Positions 1 through 10,460 of a stretch of 64,000 nucleotides of DNA are shown here, one piece after another. The position numbers and the translations under genes were made by a program. The first letter of the stretch is position 1; the number at the start of each line of letters is the position of its first letter. The stretch is from IMG/VR virus record IMGVR_UViG_3300009008_000010, positions 56,241 through 120,240 of that record. One strand, 5' to 3'. Source of the stretch: a virus. Under the pieces are notes generated by a model that was not told where the DNA came from, did no database searches, and saw nothing but the letters and a program-made list of their open reading frames with translations.

Positions 1-291
1 AAATATGAGCCTTTGGTTGATCCTAGACTACGAACACTCCAATCCATAGAGGGTTGTCTTTCACTCCGAAAGGACGATGGTTCGTTTCGGAGTTTCTTAG
101 TTAATCGCTACCCAAAGATAAAAGTTACAGGCAAATCTCTTGTAGTGGGAGAATATCCTGTAATACAGGATATAGATTTAAGACTGAGTGATGATAGGAT
201 GACAGTGGTTTTTCAGCATGAAATAGATCACCAGTTTGGCACTGAACGCCTCATATCTGTCATTGGTGAAGAAAAAGAAATTATTATCTAA
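1..291 (+). CDS. def: peptide deformylase (5'-truncated by window edge)
   Basis: EGCLS and QHEIDH motifs of peptide deformylases. Confidence 0.9.
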   Translation, partial: KYEPLVDPRLRTLQSIEGCLSLRKDDGSFRSFLVNRYPKIKVTGKSLVVGEYPVIQDIDLRLSDDRMTVVFQHEIDHQFGTERLISVIGEEKEIII

Positions 292-337
292 ATTATTGCA
301 TGAAACTATTTATTGTGCATAAATAACATGTGGAGTA

Positions 338-1048
338 ATGATGCACAAAAACGTTAAAGATATTACAGGGCAACAATTCAACAATTGGACCGTTATTCAA
401 AAAAGCGAGTCTCGTCAAGGTAAGGCGTATTGGTTGTGTATTTGTAGGTGTGGGACTGAACAGATCGTATCTGGTTATAAATTAAGAAATGGTGCAAAAG
501 GTTGCAGGCGTTGCGCTGGCGTAGAAGATTTAAGTGGCAGAAAATTCGGCAGTTGGCTGGTGTTAAAGAGAGACTATTCAAAATCAGGCAATGTTTATTG
601 GTTGTGCCGATGTGATTGTGGGTTGGAGAAGCCTGTTTTGGGTTGTCACCTTGTTAGAAATAAAACATTAAGTTGCAGAAAGTGTTCCAATCATAAACAC
701 AAGGGTAAACTTAACGGTACTTTGATTGCTAGAATCAGATGGGGCGCAAAAAAAAGAGGTATTTTTATTGAAGACACAAATGCCTTTTTTAAATATGTTT
801 ATGATTTGTTTTATGAGGTTCAAGAAGGCAAGTGTGCGTTGACGGGTAGAGATATTACTATTGCTAATTGCAATAAAGAGCAAAAGTCTGGAATGGCTAC
901 TGCATCGTTGGATAGAATTGATTCATCTAAAGGTTACGTGAGAGGAAATGTGCAGTGGGTACATAAAGATGTAAATTTAATGAAGATGAATTTGGATCAA
1001 AAACACTTTGTTGATTTGTGTAGAGAGGTGGTTGAGTATGCTATCTAA
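338..1048 (+). CDS. HNH-type homing endonuclease-like protein
   Basis: Two repeated WLCxCxCG modules and C-terminal SLDRIDSSKGYVRGNVQWVHKDVNLMK. Confidence 0.8.
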   Translation: MMHKNVKDITGQQFNNWTVIQKSESRQGKAYWLCICRCGTEQIVSGYKLRNGAKGCRRCAGVEDLSGRKFGSWLVLKRDYSKSGNVYWLCRCDCGLEKPVLGCHLVRNKTLSCRKCSNHKHKGKLNGTLIARIRWGAKKRGIFIEDTNAFFKYVYDLFYEVQEGKCALTGRDITIANCNKEQKSGMATASLDRIDSSKGYVRGNVQWVHKDVNLMKMNLDQKHFVDLCREVVEYAI

Positions 1049-1313
1049 AGAACATTTGAATTGTTATTGTCTTCCTTACGGCGGTCCTTCAAGGTGCAAA
1101 TACCTTGCAGAAGACGACAATCACATGGGAAGATTTTTCTGTCTTAAAAAATCTGTCAAGAAGAAAGTTGTAGATGCTGAGCTAAATGAGATTCTTAAAA
1201 CCTTAAAAGGCAAAGGCAAAGATCCCTCAAAACAAGGCATCCCTCTAGGAAACAATTGTCCTGGTTTCATTTTGTTAAAAAACAAAGAGCAGGGTCTTGA
1301 TGTTCAAGATTAG
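1038..1313 (+). CDS. Cys-rich hypothetical protein (paralog of 59209..59424)
   Basis: CKYL...CLK...PLGNNCPG pattern shared with the ORF near 59.2 kb. Confidence 0.6.
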   Translation: MLSKEHLNCYCLPYGGPSRCKYLAEDDNHMGRFFCLKKSVKKKVVDAELNEILKTLKGKGKDPSKQGIPLGNNCPGFILLKNKEQGLDVQD

Positions 1314-1813
1314 ACTTTAATGCCAAACTTTCTCTGATTTCGCTTGATAACCATTAGTATCTCTTTTTCGACACCGATGGTCATAGCTTTGCTGAATACA
1401 GCGTTTTCAACATCTATGTCGTTAAATTTAACCACCTCTTCAGCTAGGATTTCTAGCGCCTTTTCGTTCTTTGAGTATTTCTCTCTGTAATACATCAATA
1501 GGAACATTAAGACTATCACAATTGTGGCAAAGGCAAAGATCAACCCGCCCGATCCCTGAAACATCTGAAATCCAGAGTTTTCGTTGCTGCTGTTGACTAA
1601 GCCTTGTTGTAGGTTGTTAATGCTATCGGCATTAATCTCGCTTTGGTGTTGAAGATTACCTACTTCTAAATTGATTGAGTTTTGCAATTCCTGCAACTCT
1701 TGAATCTGCCCTCCTTGGTTATCAATGTCATTCTGCATATCGCTGATTGGAGACATGTTGCCACAACCAGGGAAGAATAAAATCAGTGCAAGCAGTGCAA
1801 GTAGATTTTTCAT
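1310..1813 (-). CDS. putative lipoprotein with coiled coil and TM helix
   Basis: Lipobox-like FFPGC after a hydrophobic leader; second hydrophobic segment. Confidence 0.6.
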   Translation of the reverse strand: MKNLLALLALILFFPGCGNMSPISDMQNDIDNQGGQIQELQELQNSINLEVGNLQHQSEINADSINNLQQGLVNSSNENSGFQMFQGSGGLIFAFATIVIVLMFLLMYYREKYSKNEKALEILAEEVVKFNDIDVENAVFSKAMTIGVEKEILMVIKRNQRKFGIKV

Positions 1814-1867
1814 TTTATACCCCCTTGACTGTTATATATATGCTTCTGACCTCATAGAAAAATGGTG

Positions 1868-1896
1868 TTGACGAGATCAATTAAAGCGGCTAGAAT
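1868..1896 (+). promoter_or_regulatory. sigma70-like promoter
   Basis: TTGACG-17 nt-TAGAAT upstream of GGAGG RBS and ORF 1931. Confidence 0.6.
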
Positions 1897-1930
1897 TAAA
1901 TATCATTTGACTTCGAGATAGGAGGCTCCG

Positions 1931-2278
1931 ATGCGGAAAGAGAAGGAAGTAAACTTTGATGGGTTGGATGACAAACAGAAATGGGAGATTTGTAAGGATC
2001 TTATAACGTTATTTTTTTGCGACAAGCAATTTACATGGGGTGGGCCGATTCCGGCAAGTAAATTGCATTCAAACCGTAATGTCCGTCGTGTTATGAATAC
2101 CACCATAAGCGAAGGCGTAAGTAAGTTCTACGCAGCAGTTTGGGATGAATGGCCCAATGCTCAACAACGGTTGGTGGATGTGTTGAATCAATGCGCTAAA
2201 CGACATATCCCCAAACAGTTCGCTGCTGGTATTATGTTGATGTATTTTAATCTTTGTGAGGGTGTCCAAATTGCGTGA
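1931..2278 (+). CDS. hypothetical protein
   Basis: ORF with GGAGG RBS. Confidence 0.65.
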   Translation: MRKEKEVNFDGLDDKQKWEICKDLITLFFCDKQFTWGGPIPASKLHSNRNVRRVMNTTISEGVSKFYAAVWDEWPNAQQRLVDVLNQCAKRHIPKQFAAGIMLMYFNLCEGVQIA

Positions 2279-2582
2279 TTTGAAGTTAATATCTGGCGAG
2301 TTCTTTGACTTAACACTTCCAAAGGAGAAGTTGTATCTGCTCAAGTATTTTGATACGGAAGTGCAGTTGCAGTTTTTGTATTACTACCACATTTTCCGTT
2401 CTACAGACAGATTCATACAACATACGGGGCACCTTGTTAGCAAAAGGTGGTTGAATGACCTGAAGAACAAGTATGAAAAACTTGTAGAAACTCACGATAA
2501 TGCCAAAAGCAACTTAGATTTAGATATTTTGGCTGAAATAACTTCGGGTAAATTTAAGTTATGAGTTGCTACATAAGATATT

Positions 2583-3134
2583 ATGGCACTAAAATCATTT
2601 AAAGAATTTCTTGCACAGAGGGAATCTAGTGCATTTACCAGAACGAGAAAACAGGCAATGTTGGGCTTAGGGCCTGATATACCAGACGCCTCTACCCATT
2701 CTCGTTCAACTTGCGATCCCACTCTTCTCGATTACAAAGAGAAGCGAAAAAAGAAGAAAAAAGGCAAGAAAAAGAAAAAGAAGATGTTTGACGAATCTTC
2801 AGATGAATCTTTAAATGAGGCCAAAACCCCGCGTCCGGTCAACAAGCAGATTGATAAATGGTTGGATGCTGTAGACGGTTTAAAGAAAGATGTGGATGAG
2901 CTAGATGATGCTCCTGATGAAGACGAAGACGAAATCGGTCATCACATTCCAAGAGACGCAGATGAGCTTGAAGATTTAGAAGATGAAATCGGTGGCTTGG
3001 AAGATGATGTTGAGGATTTAGAAGACGACATAGATGATCAGGAAGATGACATGGAAGATGCGGCTGAAGAAGGCCCAAAATCCTTCCAGTCTTGGATGAA
3101 AAACAAGGATAAAACCCCACCTATAGACGCTTAA
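2583..3134 (+). CDS. Lys-rich/acidic protein with capsid-targeting-like N-terminus
   Basis: MALKSFKEFLAQRE start, poly-K tract, long D/E tract. Confidence 0.6.
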   Translation: MALKSFKEFLAQRESSAFTRTRKQAMLGLGPDIPDASTHSRSTCDPTLLDYKEKRKKKKKGKKKKKKMFDESSDESLNEAKTPRPVNKQIDKWLDAVDGLKKDVDELDDAPDEDEDEIGHHIPRDADELEDLEDEIGGLEDDVEDLEDDIDDQEDDMEDAAEEGPKSFQSWMKNKDKTPPIDA

Positions 3135-3162
3135 TAATTTCCTAGCCATAGTAAATATTACT

Positions 3163-3681
3163 ATGGAGTTTATCAATGTTCCCCGGCTAGGGAAGAAGCG
3201 GGACGAATTCATTAAATTGCTCAACAAGAGAGTTGGTAAAGGCAATTGGTATTGGGCTTTCCAAATAGGGAAGAATCTCTATTCTTGGGAATTTGGCCTA
3301 CAATTATATGAAGACTCCTATTGGCTTTATTTAAAAGATCACTTGACTTTGTTGAAAGAAATCGTTACAAAGTATGGAGATGTTTACGTTGTAGATAAGA
3401 AGGATCTTAAATCGGGTCTTGATTATAAAAAACAATCCCAATACGAAGACCATTATGCTGACATTGCTATCAGACGTTCATTGAGGCGATTAGGCGTTTG
3501 GTTCAAAGGGGATAAGTTGTTGAAAATATCAGAATCAGATTTAAGTGAAAACAAAGTGCCTTTTCATCTAACTCATTTATTGAAAAACAGACCAGTTGGA
3601 GACTTTTTAAATACCAGGGTTGCTGTAGTCGTCGTAGAAATAGGTGACAAGCATGAACTGGGAGAAAGGTTAATTAAATGA
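3163..3681 (+). CDS. hypothetical protein
   Basis: 172-aa ORF in a tightly packed gene run. Confidence 0.65.
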   Translation: MEFINVPRLGKKRDEFIKLLNKRVGKGNWYWAFQIGKNLYSWEFGLQLYEDSYWLYLKDHLTLLKEIVTKYGDVYVVDKKDLKSGLDYKKQSQYEDHYADIAIRRSLRRLGVWFKGDKLLKISESDLSENKVPFHLTHLLKNRPVGDFLNTRVAVVVVEIGDKHELGERLIK

Positions 3682-4151
3682 GAGAAGATGGTGAACCGAT
3701 TACCACTGAACAAGAGTTGAAAGAGCTTTTGATCAGGATTCGTAAAGGATCGTTAGAAAGTGAAAGTGCCCGTGATTTTATATCGTGGGTGCAGGAAATC
3801 TTAATTGAACATCCATTATTAGAGGAGGATGACGATGGAGAAGATGGAATTTCATAAACCTCGATTGCCCCATGTGACAATGAAGGAATTGAGGGAACAG
3901 GATGAAGTGTCGTTTGAAATAGTGATGACAGTCGTAAGAAATGCTGCATTGATGCTATATCATGCTAATCCAGCTACTTACGAACTGGGCTTAGAAAAGT
4001 GCGAAGAAGCCATTTTAGACATGCTCGATGAAGGGACAGCTAAGATAATGTGGGATGAACATGATTTCGATCCAGAGGAAGATCGTGTTTGGATTGGGTA
4101 TTTCCACTCCACTACTGGCGAATATCACCCTCCTGCATTTGCTGAATAACT

Positions 4152-4622
4152 ATGAACTGGGACGAATATTTTTTCGATATAATCGAATCTGTATTAAAAA
4201 AATCTAAAGATCCAAGCACTCGCGTTGGGTCCATAATTGTTTCCCCAGACCATGAAATCGTCTCTACTGGTTTCAATGGTTTTCCTAAACGTGTTCAGGA
4301 TGTTTCTAATAACCTCAAAAATATTGAGGCGAGATATGAGCGATCCCAGAAGTTGCTTTTCACAGAACATGCTGAAAGGAACGCCATTTACGCCGCCGCC
4401 CGCAGAGGTACACCATTAGATGGATGCACAATCTATGTTGATTGGACCCCTTGTGCAGATTGCATGAGGGGTATTATTCAGTCTGGGATTGTAGAAGTTG
4501 TTCTTAATGGGCGCAGCGAATCATTTAATAATGAGGCGCTACAGAAAAGGTGGGCAGATCACATCGAATGCTCAAATACTATGGCAAGTGAGGCCGGTGT
4601 TTTGATAAGGGTGTGGAAATAG
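4152..4622 (+). CDS. dCMP deaminase
   Basis: SKDPSTRVG, TGFNGFP, HAERNAI and PCADC Zn-deaminase motifs. Confidence 0.93.
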   Translation: MNWDEYFFDIIESVLKKSKDPSTRVGSIIVSPDHEIVSTGFNGFPKRVQDVSNNLKNIEARYERSQKLLFTEHAERNAIYAAARRGTPLDGCTIYVDWTPCADCMRGIIQSGIVEVVLNGRSESFNNEALQKRWADHIECSNTMASEAGVLIRVWK

Positions 4623-4649
4623 ATTTTATTGGTGATATATACCTTTACT

Positions 4650-5438
4650 ATGACATGTAAAAGCTCAGGATGTGGAAATACGATGGATGCCCCGATTGTT
4701 CGCAATTCAGGGTGTCCCGACAAATTTGGATGTGGCCCAGATGTTTGCCCAGATTTTGTAATAAGGCGAAATGATTCTCTGCCTTCTTTCAAGTTGCTTG
4801 TCGAAGATTGCGATGGGCCGCTAGATTTAGAGGACGAAGACATCATTGTTGAAGCCAATATGTGGGCCAGAGTAAAATTAAAGGCCGCTCTTACCGCAGA
4901 TGCTACGTCATTTAGACTAGCAGATGATATTGGGTTTGAGCAGGTAATGACTGGGGATATTATTATTATGGAACGGGTTCGTGCGCCCGAACATATGATA
5001 GTCACTGGATTTGATGAAGTGAATAAATTGATTCATGTTACTCGTGGCTACAATGCTACTATACCCTCAGCGTGGAAAAAAGGGGCGGTTATGAGGGTTT
5101 TTCGCATGATAAATGCCCCAGCCGCAATTGAGTTAATTAAGCAAGATATACTAAGCCCTGATGGGTCTACAGAAGAAGATGTTTTAACAGATACTTTTTT
5201 GGTGTATGAGTGGAATACTGGTAACACCTGTCTTCCTGGTTGTTATTATTTTGAGTTTAAAGTGTTGAAGCAAGAAGAAGGTGCTGAACCACATACACAC
5301 ACACCAAGCGTAAGTTCTACTCCAAGCGTCAGTTCAATTCCCTGCGGGGCTACTGGCATTGAGTGGATAAGAAGGTTCCCTGTATCGGGAGAGGGGTTTT
5401 TAATTCAAATAGTTGATTCTCCAACATCGGAACCGTAA
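4650..5438 (+). CDS. putative virion structural protein
   Basis: beta-rich ORF; N-terminal FVIRRNDSLP resembles baseplate BppU-type domains (weak). Confidence 0.45.
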   Translation: MTCKSSGCGNTMDAPIVRNSGCPDKFGCGPDVCPDFVIRRNDSLPSFKLLVEDCDGPLDLEDEDIIVEANMWARVKLKAALTADATSFRLADDIGFEQVMTGDIIIMERVRAPEHMIVTGFDEVNKLIHVTRGYNATIPSAWKKGAVMRVFRMINAPAAIELIKQDILSPDGSTEEDVLTDTFLVYEWNTGNTCLPGCYYFEFKVLKQEEGAEPHTHTPSVSSTPSVSSIPCGATGIEWIRRFPVSGEGFLIQIVDSPTSEP

Positions 5439-5451
5439 AACGAAACGAAAT

Positions 5452-5973
5452 ATGAAAAAGAAAGAAAAAAACAAGTTCACAAGAGTAAACGATCAGATTA
5501 GAATTTCTCCTGTTCGTGTTGTAAAAGATGGTGAACAATTAGGCGTTATGCCTTTAGATAAAGCTAAAAGGCTGGCCAGAAATGCAAAGCTGGATCTCGT
5601 AGAGATAGCTCCGCAAGCCAGACCACCAGTTTGTAATATTATTGATTATGGTAAATTTCGTTACCAGCAATCAATTAAAGAAAAAGAGATAAAACAAAAA
5701 TCCAAGACTTCAGAAGTTAAAGAAATTCGTCTTTCGCCTAAAATTGCTGTTCACGATATAGATACGAAAACGAAAGCGGCTCGCAAGTTTTTAGAGCAAG
5801 GTAAGAAGGTGCAGTTTAATTTACTATTTAAAGGTCGTGACTTAGCACATAAAGACACGGGCTTTGCAGTGGTTAAAAGAATGGCAGAAAACCTTGAGGA
5901 CGTTGCTCAAGTAGAATTGAAACCTAAACTCGATGGCAAACGTCTTATATGTAGACTTGAACCCAAAAGGTAA
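5452..5973 (+). CDS. infC: translation initiation factor IF-3
   Basis: RVNDQIR, LDLVEIAPQARPPVCNIIDYGKFRY, KEIRLSPKI..HD motifs. Confidence 0.96.
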   Translation: MKKKEKNKFTRVNDQIRISPVRVVKDGEQLGVMPLDKAKRLARNAKLDLVEIAPQARPPVCNIIDYGKFRYQQSIKEKEIKQKSKTSEVKEIRLSPKIAVHDIDTKTKAARKFLEQGKKVQFNLLFKGRDLAHKDTGFAVVKRMAENLEDVAQVELKPKLDGKRLICRLEPKR

Positions 5974-5974
5974 C

Positions 5975-6883
5975 ATGGATATTAAAAAAACAATTCAGCA
6001 GGCCGTTGAACTACAGATGCTATGTAATGAGCCATTTGACTCTAGTGCTGTGCGCTTTAATTTATTGAATTGTTTTTTGCCAAAACCGCATCGTTTTAGT
6101 TCTCAATTATCTCCTATGAATCCCAAAGTAGTAGGAATGTTGGGAGATGTGGGCTGGAAGTTGGCTCTCTTAGCTGTTGCTTTTGATGATAATGTTAATC
6201 ATCCTGATATTCACAATGCTCTTGGTGGTGCTTTTAAGTTAGAAAGCAAATTTGCTCAGTCAATTGATGAATTTCTCAAGATGGCTCGAATGCTAGTTCC
6301 ACACATGCAGAGCACCCATAAAAATCATAATTTTGATTACTTCATCAAGAAAGACAAGGCGGTTAGAAAGATTCTTCCTAGATTGGGGACGCCTCATGTG
6401 GTCCGGTTTTTAAAGGAAAAAAACAGAACTACATGTAGACTAGAAAAGGAATCTTTTAACCTAGATTTGCCACATACGCTTCCTATCTGGGAGAGAATGA
6501 ATAGTGCTTCTTTTTGGGACTATGTAAGATTTAATACTCCCACAGCAAAGGATCTGAGGAAAGAAGATTTATACAAGCACCAACCTTATTTCGGTTTTAA
6601 TCGCATCACCATGACTAATGCTGGCGTGCTGCTTTCTCTTAAAAAACCGTTCATACCAGGAAAACACCTTATAGCCAGAGTGGTTCCAGTTGTTCCATCT
6701 TCTGATCATAGCCAGTGGTCTTGGTTGCCTGACCACGCCAAATATGTTTTAGAAAAGTTGGAAGAATTTCCTGATGCAGGCAATCGAGCCATTTTTGATT
6801 ATTTTTGGGCAATAACGATAGGTAATGACTCTATTCTTTTAGGCGAACGTGAGAAACGTTGCTACTTCATTACTATGTTATAG
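5975..6883 (+). CDS. hypothetical protein
   Basis: About 300-aa ORF directly after infC. Confidence 0.65.
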   Translation: MDIKKTIQQAVELQMLCNEPFDSSAVRFNLLNCFLPKPHRFSSQLSPMNPKVVGMLGDVGWKLALLAVAFDDNVNHPDIHNALGGAFKLESKFAQSIDEFLKMARMLVPHMQSTHKNHNFDYFIKKDKAVRKILPRLGTPHVVRFLKEKNRTTCRLEKESFNLDLPHTLPIWERMNSASFWDYVRFNTPTAKDLRKEDLYKHQPYFGFNRITMTNAGVLLSLKKPFIPGKHLIARVVPVVPSSDHSQWSWLPDHAKYVLEKLEEFPDAGNRAIFDYFWAITIGNDSILLGEREKRCYFITML

Positions 6884-6903
6884 AAAGAACCGAAAGGAAT
6901 AAA

Positions 6904-7221
6904 ATGGGCGTTGCAAAGATTTCAGACATTAGAGCTACTGGTATGTCTATTTTGGTAGAATTAATCAATCCAGAAGAGATGATACAAACCACCATCATTA
7001 CTCCTGAAGGAGGCGCGAAAGATTTGATTGATGGTGCCTCTCAGGCTTACATTTTAAGTTTGGGTCCAAAAGTAGACCCAGAAGAATGGGGTTTTGATGA
7101 GGGTGATAGGGTGATGTTTTCAGGTAATTTTGTGCCTGCTTATAACTTCGATGAGAGCAAGAGGGCTAAGGGCACAATTGACCCTCATAGCATAAAAGCT
7201 GTTTTTGATGAGGCAGAGTGA
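6904..7221 (+). CDS. co-chaperonin GroES-like protein
   Basis: IRATGMSILVE...ILSLGP...GDRVMF pattern of the Cpn10 fold. Confidence 0.65.
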   Translation: MGVAKISDIRATGMSILVELINPEEMIQTTIITPEGGAKDLIDGASQAYILSLGPKVDPEEWGFDEGDRVMFSGNFVPAYNFDESKRAKGTIDPHSIKAVFDEAE

Positions 7222-7526
7222 ATTATTACGAGATTTTGAGTGTAGCCACGGATGCCAGCATTGAACAGATAAATATTGCTTATCGTAGGCTGGCTATCAA
7301 GAGTCACCCCGATGCAGGAGGCGACCCAGAGCAATTTAAAAAATTCACTGAGGCATATGATACATTAGGCGATCCTGTTAAAAGAATGGCCTACGATAAG
7401 CAATATAAGGTTTATAATGTTTGCTACAACAGAGATGCAAGATTAATAATGCCGCTCTGTAAAAAAAAGACTCATAGGGAATTATTAGATGAGTTAGTAA
7501 ATACAGAGTGGGAGGTAAACAGATGA
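7218..7526 (+). CDS. DnaJ/J-domain protein
   Basis: NYYEIL, AYRRLA, HPD, F....EAYDTLGDP..R..YD. Confidence 0.92.
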   Translation: MNYYEILSVATDASIEQINIAYRRLAIKSHPDAGGDPEQFKKFTEAYDTLGDPVKRMAYDKQYKVYNVCYNRDARLIMPLCKKKTHRELLDELVNTEWEVNR

Positions 7527-7762
7527 AGAAAACCAAGAATAAGAATACCATAATAATTATTGCTGTTGTGCTGGGTGCTGCCCTTATAGGATTTCAGGGG
7601 TGTGATATGCTGATGGACAAGATAGCTGATAGGGTTATCGAAAAGCTAGAAAAAGATTATTCTCCGTCACCTTATGGACCGGGACTTGATCCAGATAGGG
7701 TTGATGTGAATGCTTTTGCTAGGCCCCAACAGCAACAAATCCCTCAACAGCCGCCTAATTAA
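7523..7762 (+). CDS. small membrane protein
   Basis: N-terminal hydrophobic helix, PSPYGPGLDPD tail. Confidence 0.55.
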   Translation: MKKTKNKNTIIIIAVVLGAALIGFQGCDMLMDKIADRVIEKLEKDYSPSPYGPGLDPDRVDVNAFARPQQQQIPQQPPN

Positions 7763-8174
7763 TTTCGCCATATCTAATATGCAGATTGCCGTGAGGGTCG
7801 TGTCCTTGACAGTAGAGCTTGATATGTTTCTTGAGCAGACCCTCTGCCCCTTCTCTTGCATTATAACCCTTTATCCAGTTTTTCAGGGCATCGTGATATA
7901 GATCCACAGACTTTGTTCCCTGTCTTGTGTTTATCATCACCTTCCATCTCTCCCTGCCGGGAGTAGCTTGTATGATTTCCCCTTCTATCGTTTGATTGGG
8001 GTAGTCATCCCAGACTAAATCTGTACTTGCAAATCTTGGTATATGACTGGGCATTGATTCTGATCCTGTCCCTGTGCTGGGAAGGTACGCACCTTTACCG
8101 CCTCCTGAAGCACCATCGTTGTGCGTGCCCACAGTTAATTCTTCTCGCAATAGAAATTCTTTAAAACTAAGCAT
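7755..8174 (-). CDS. hypothetical protein with capsid-targeting-like N-terminus
   Basis: MLSFKEFLLREE start. Confidence 0.6.
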   Translation of the reverse strand: MLSFKEFLLREELTVGTHNDGASGGGKGAYLPSTGTGSESMPSHIPRFASTDLVWDDYPNQTIEGEIIQATPGRERWKVMINTRQGTKSVDLYHDALKNWIKGYNAREGAEGLLKKHIKLYCQGHDPHGNLHIRYGEIN

Positions 8175-8219
8175 GATTACTATTTTATATTACACACGTC
8201 CTTTATTATATGTATTGCC

Positions 8220-8615
8220 ATGCCTAAATATTACGAAGAGGGTAAACCCTTTAAATTTATCTTAGATGATGATCCAGAAGTCATCCCTGTTGAGGAGAAA
8301 GACTCCAGAGTAAAGATAAATAATGTCTCAAATGTCATCCCTTTGCGGATTGGTTGTGAAATAGATGGTGAACCACACGAAATTTCTGGGTATGTGGATT
8401 ATGAGACTCAGAGGGTCATCATTCCTGATGGGAATAATATTCCAGATTTGGAAGAGTTCAAAGAGCAAGTCATGCTTTTCTTGCGTAGGCGAGCTATGAG
8501 GTATGCACCTTTGAACAAGGATATTCCACCCGAAGTTTATGACCAACTCAAGAAAGGCCAATCATACGGAAATCCCAAGAATATGAAGCCTGAAGATTTT
8601 AGGAGACAACAATAA
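8220..8615 (+). CDS. hypothetical protein
   Basis: ORF coupled to the next gene (TAATG). Confidence 0.6.
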   Translation: MPKYYEEGKPFKFILDDDPEVIPVEEKDSRVKINNVSNVIPLRIGCEIDGEPHEISGYVDYETQRVIIPDGNNIPDLEEFKEQVMLFLRRRAMRYAPLNKDIPPEVYDQLKKGQSYGNPKNMKPEDFRRQQ

Positions 8616-9463
8616 TGCCAGAACCAACTCAAATGAACATGAGTTTTTCGTCTAATACTGGGGAACCCAGTCTTAACAGTTTGATTAAAGAAAGCCAAGG
8701 CGCAGCCAAAGATGTCAGAGTAAGGACGCCTCGTTTAAGTGTTACTTTGAAGCGGGTCGTTAAGTGGATTGAAGATCAAGATTACGATGATTTTACAAAA
8801 CAGGAATTAATTAAGGTTGCAAAATCCTATCCTGTAGGGGCTTTGAATAAGTTTAGAATGACCGCAAGGAATCATCTTGCTAGAATTCAGGAAAAAAAGA
8901 GAGATATAGATAGGCAGGGTGTTGTTAAAAAGGAAGCTATTGATATTGATTCTCTAAAAGATGAAGAGAGAAAGAAGGCTTTAGAATACAAAATATTACG
9001 TGCTCAGCAGAAGGCAGAAGAGGATGCTATAGCTGCACAGCAACAGGAAGATGAATTAAGGAAGCTGGCTGCGGCTCGACATAGTGAAGATGCTGCGAAT
9101 CCTCAGCCTCAACAACCTCAACAACCTCAAGTTCAAGCACAACCTGAACAACGTCGTTGGTATCCGCCTGAACGACCTCAAGAGTCTCAGCAACAGACAG
9201 AGCCTCAACGTCAACCTGTAAGTCTTGATTCTGCTATGCACCGTCAACAGCCTCAACAGCAACAGCCGCCTCAACAGCCCCAAGAAATGCCAACTTCTGG
9301 AACGGTAAAATTTGGACCGCCTCCAGAAATCAATAAGACAGCAGAGCAGAACAAGGCAGCAATGGATAATAGACGAGCCTTTGCTTTAAAAATGAAGCAG
9401 TTGGCCGACGAAGAAGACCAGGGAGATAATTTCTCAGCAGATGAGGATTGGATGAATGAGTAA
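8615..9463 (+). CDS. hypothetical protein with Q/P-rich low-complexity region
   Basis: PQPQQPQQPQ repeats (CCTCAACAA DNA repeats). Confidence 0.65.
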   Translation: MPEPTQMNMSFSSNTGEPSLNSLIKESQGAAKDVRVRTPRLSVTLKRVVKWIEDQDYDDFTKQELIKVAKSYPVGALNKFRMTARNHLARIQEKKRDIDRQGVVKKEAIDIDSLKDEERKKALEYKILRAQQKAEEDAIAAQQQEDELRKLAAARHSEDAANPQPQQPQQPQVQAQPEQRRWYPPERPQESQQQTEPQRQPVSLDSAMHRQQPQQQQPPQQPQEMPTSGTVKFGPPPEINKTAEQNKAAMDNRRAFALKMKQLADEEDQGDNFSADEDWMNE

Positions 9464-9698
9464 GAAAATTTATATTGTGGTTAGCACTGGTAGGCAGATT
9501 ACAGGGGATAATGTGGCTGCTTTGAGTGATTATTATGCAGTTAAAGTTCATAAGGCTTTTACTGATCCCAATAAAGCCCAGGAATACTGTAGCGGTATTT
9601 CTAAAGAATGGGAAGAAGATGTGGTAACACCAGAAGGAAAAGTCAAGTGTTACTGTACTAATATTGGTATCCAAGTTGTGGAATTAGAGGAGTAAAAT

Positions 9699-10460
9699 AT
9701 GGCTGATATGCCCCATAGTCCGCTTGAAGGCGAAAGACCTGAATTGCAAATTACCATGCATGATGGTAGTGAAGAACAGATTACTATTATCGTGGTTCAC
9801 AAAGACCGTCCCGAATATTTAAATATGTGCCTGCAATCTATTGCAGTAACAAGTTTGAATAATAATTACGAGATTGTCGTATCAGATAATTCAGTGGGAG
9901 ATGAGATTCATCCTCTTAATGAAACCTACGATTATTTAGACGCTCTTGAAGATGATGGCATTAAAGTTGTCAGAAACGAAAAGAATCTTTATTTTGGTCC
10001 TGCTTGTAACAAGGGTGTTGACAAGGCAGATAAGGCGTCTAATTATTATATTTTTATGCATTGCGATGTTGTGGTTATAAATCCAGCTTGGATTGATTTG
10101 TTGATTAATATTGCTGAGGCGCAAAATTCAGGTTTGGTAGGATGTGAGTTGCATTCTTATGTGATGCAAAATCAAAAGGTTGATTTTATTCAAGAATACT
10201 GTTTATTGGTGAGTAAAGATTGTTGGAAGGATGTCGGCCCTTGGCCAGATGAAATCCCACAAATCGGACCAGCTTTCGTGATGACCATTAGAGCACAGTC
10301 TTCTGGTTGGAAGCCTCAAATCATGCGTAATCCCATTTGCCATCATTACAAGACGTTTGCTTTAGATATTAGTGAATATGAGCGACTGTCCGAGCAGGCT
10401 ATGGTGGAATTGCCTAAAATGATTCGAGATGCGCAACAAATTTCAAAATCGGTAAAATGA
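9699..10460 (+). CDS. glycosyltransferase family 2
   Basis: IIVVHKDRPEYL..CLQS, EIVVSDN, RNEKNLYFGPACNKG, FMHCD. Confidence 0.85.
   Translation: MADMPHSPLEGERPELQITMHDGSEEQITIIVVHKDRPEYLNMCLQSIAVTSLNNNYEIVVSDNSVGDEIHPLNETYDYLDALEDDGIKVVRNEKNLYFGPACNKGVDKADKASNYYIFMHCDVVVINPAWIDLLINIAEAQNSGLVGCELHSYVMQNQKVDFIQEYCLLVSKDCWKDVGPWPDEIPQIGPAFVMTIRAQSSGWKPQIMRNPICHHYKTFALDISEYERLSEQAMVELPKMIRDAQQISKSVK

Noticed and set aside
9095-9285. CCTCAACAA/CAG short repeats as CRISPR or VNTR
   Set aside because: In-frame Q/P low-complexity coding sequence with no repeat-spacer pattern. No CRISPR array was seen in the window.
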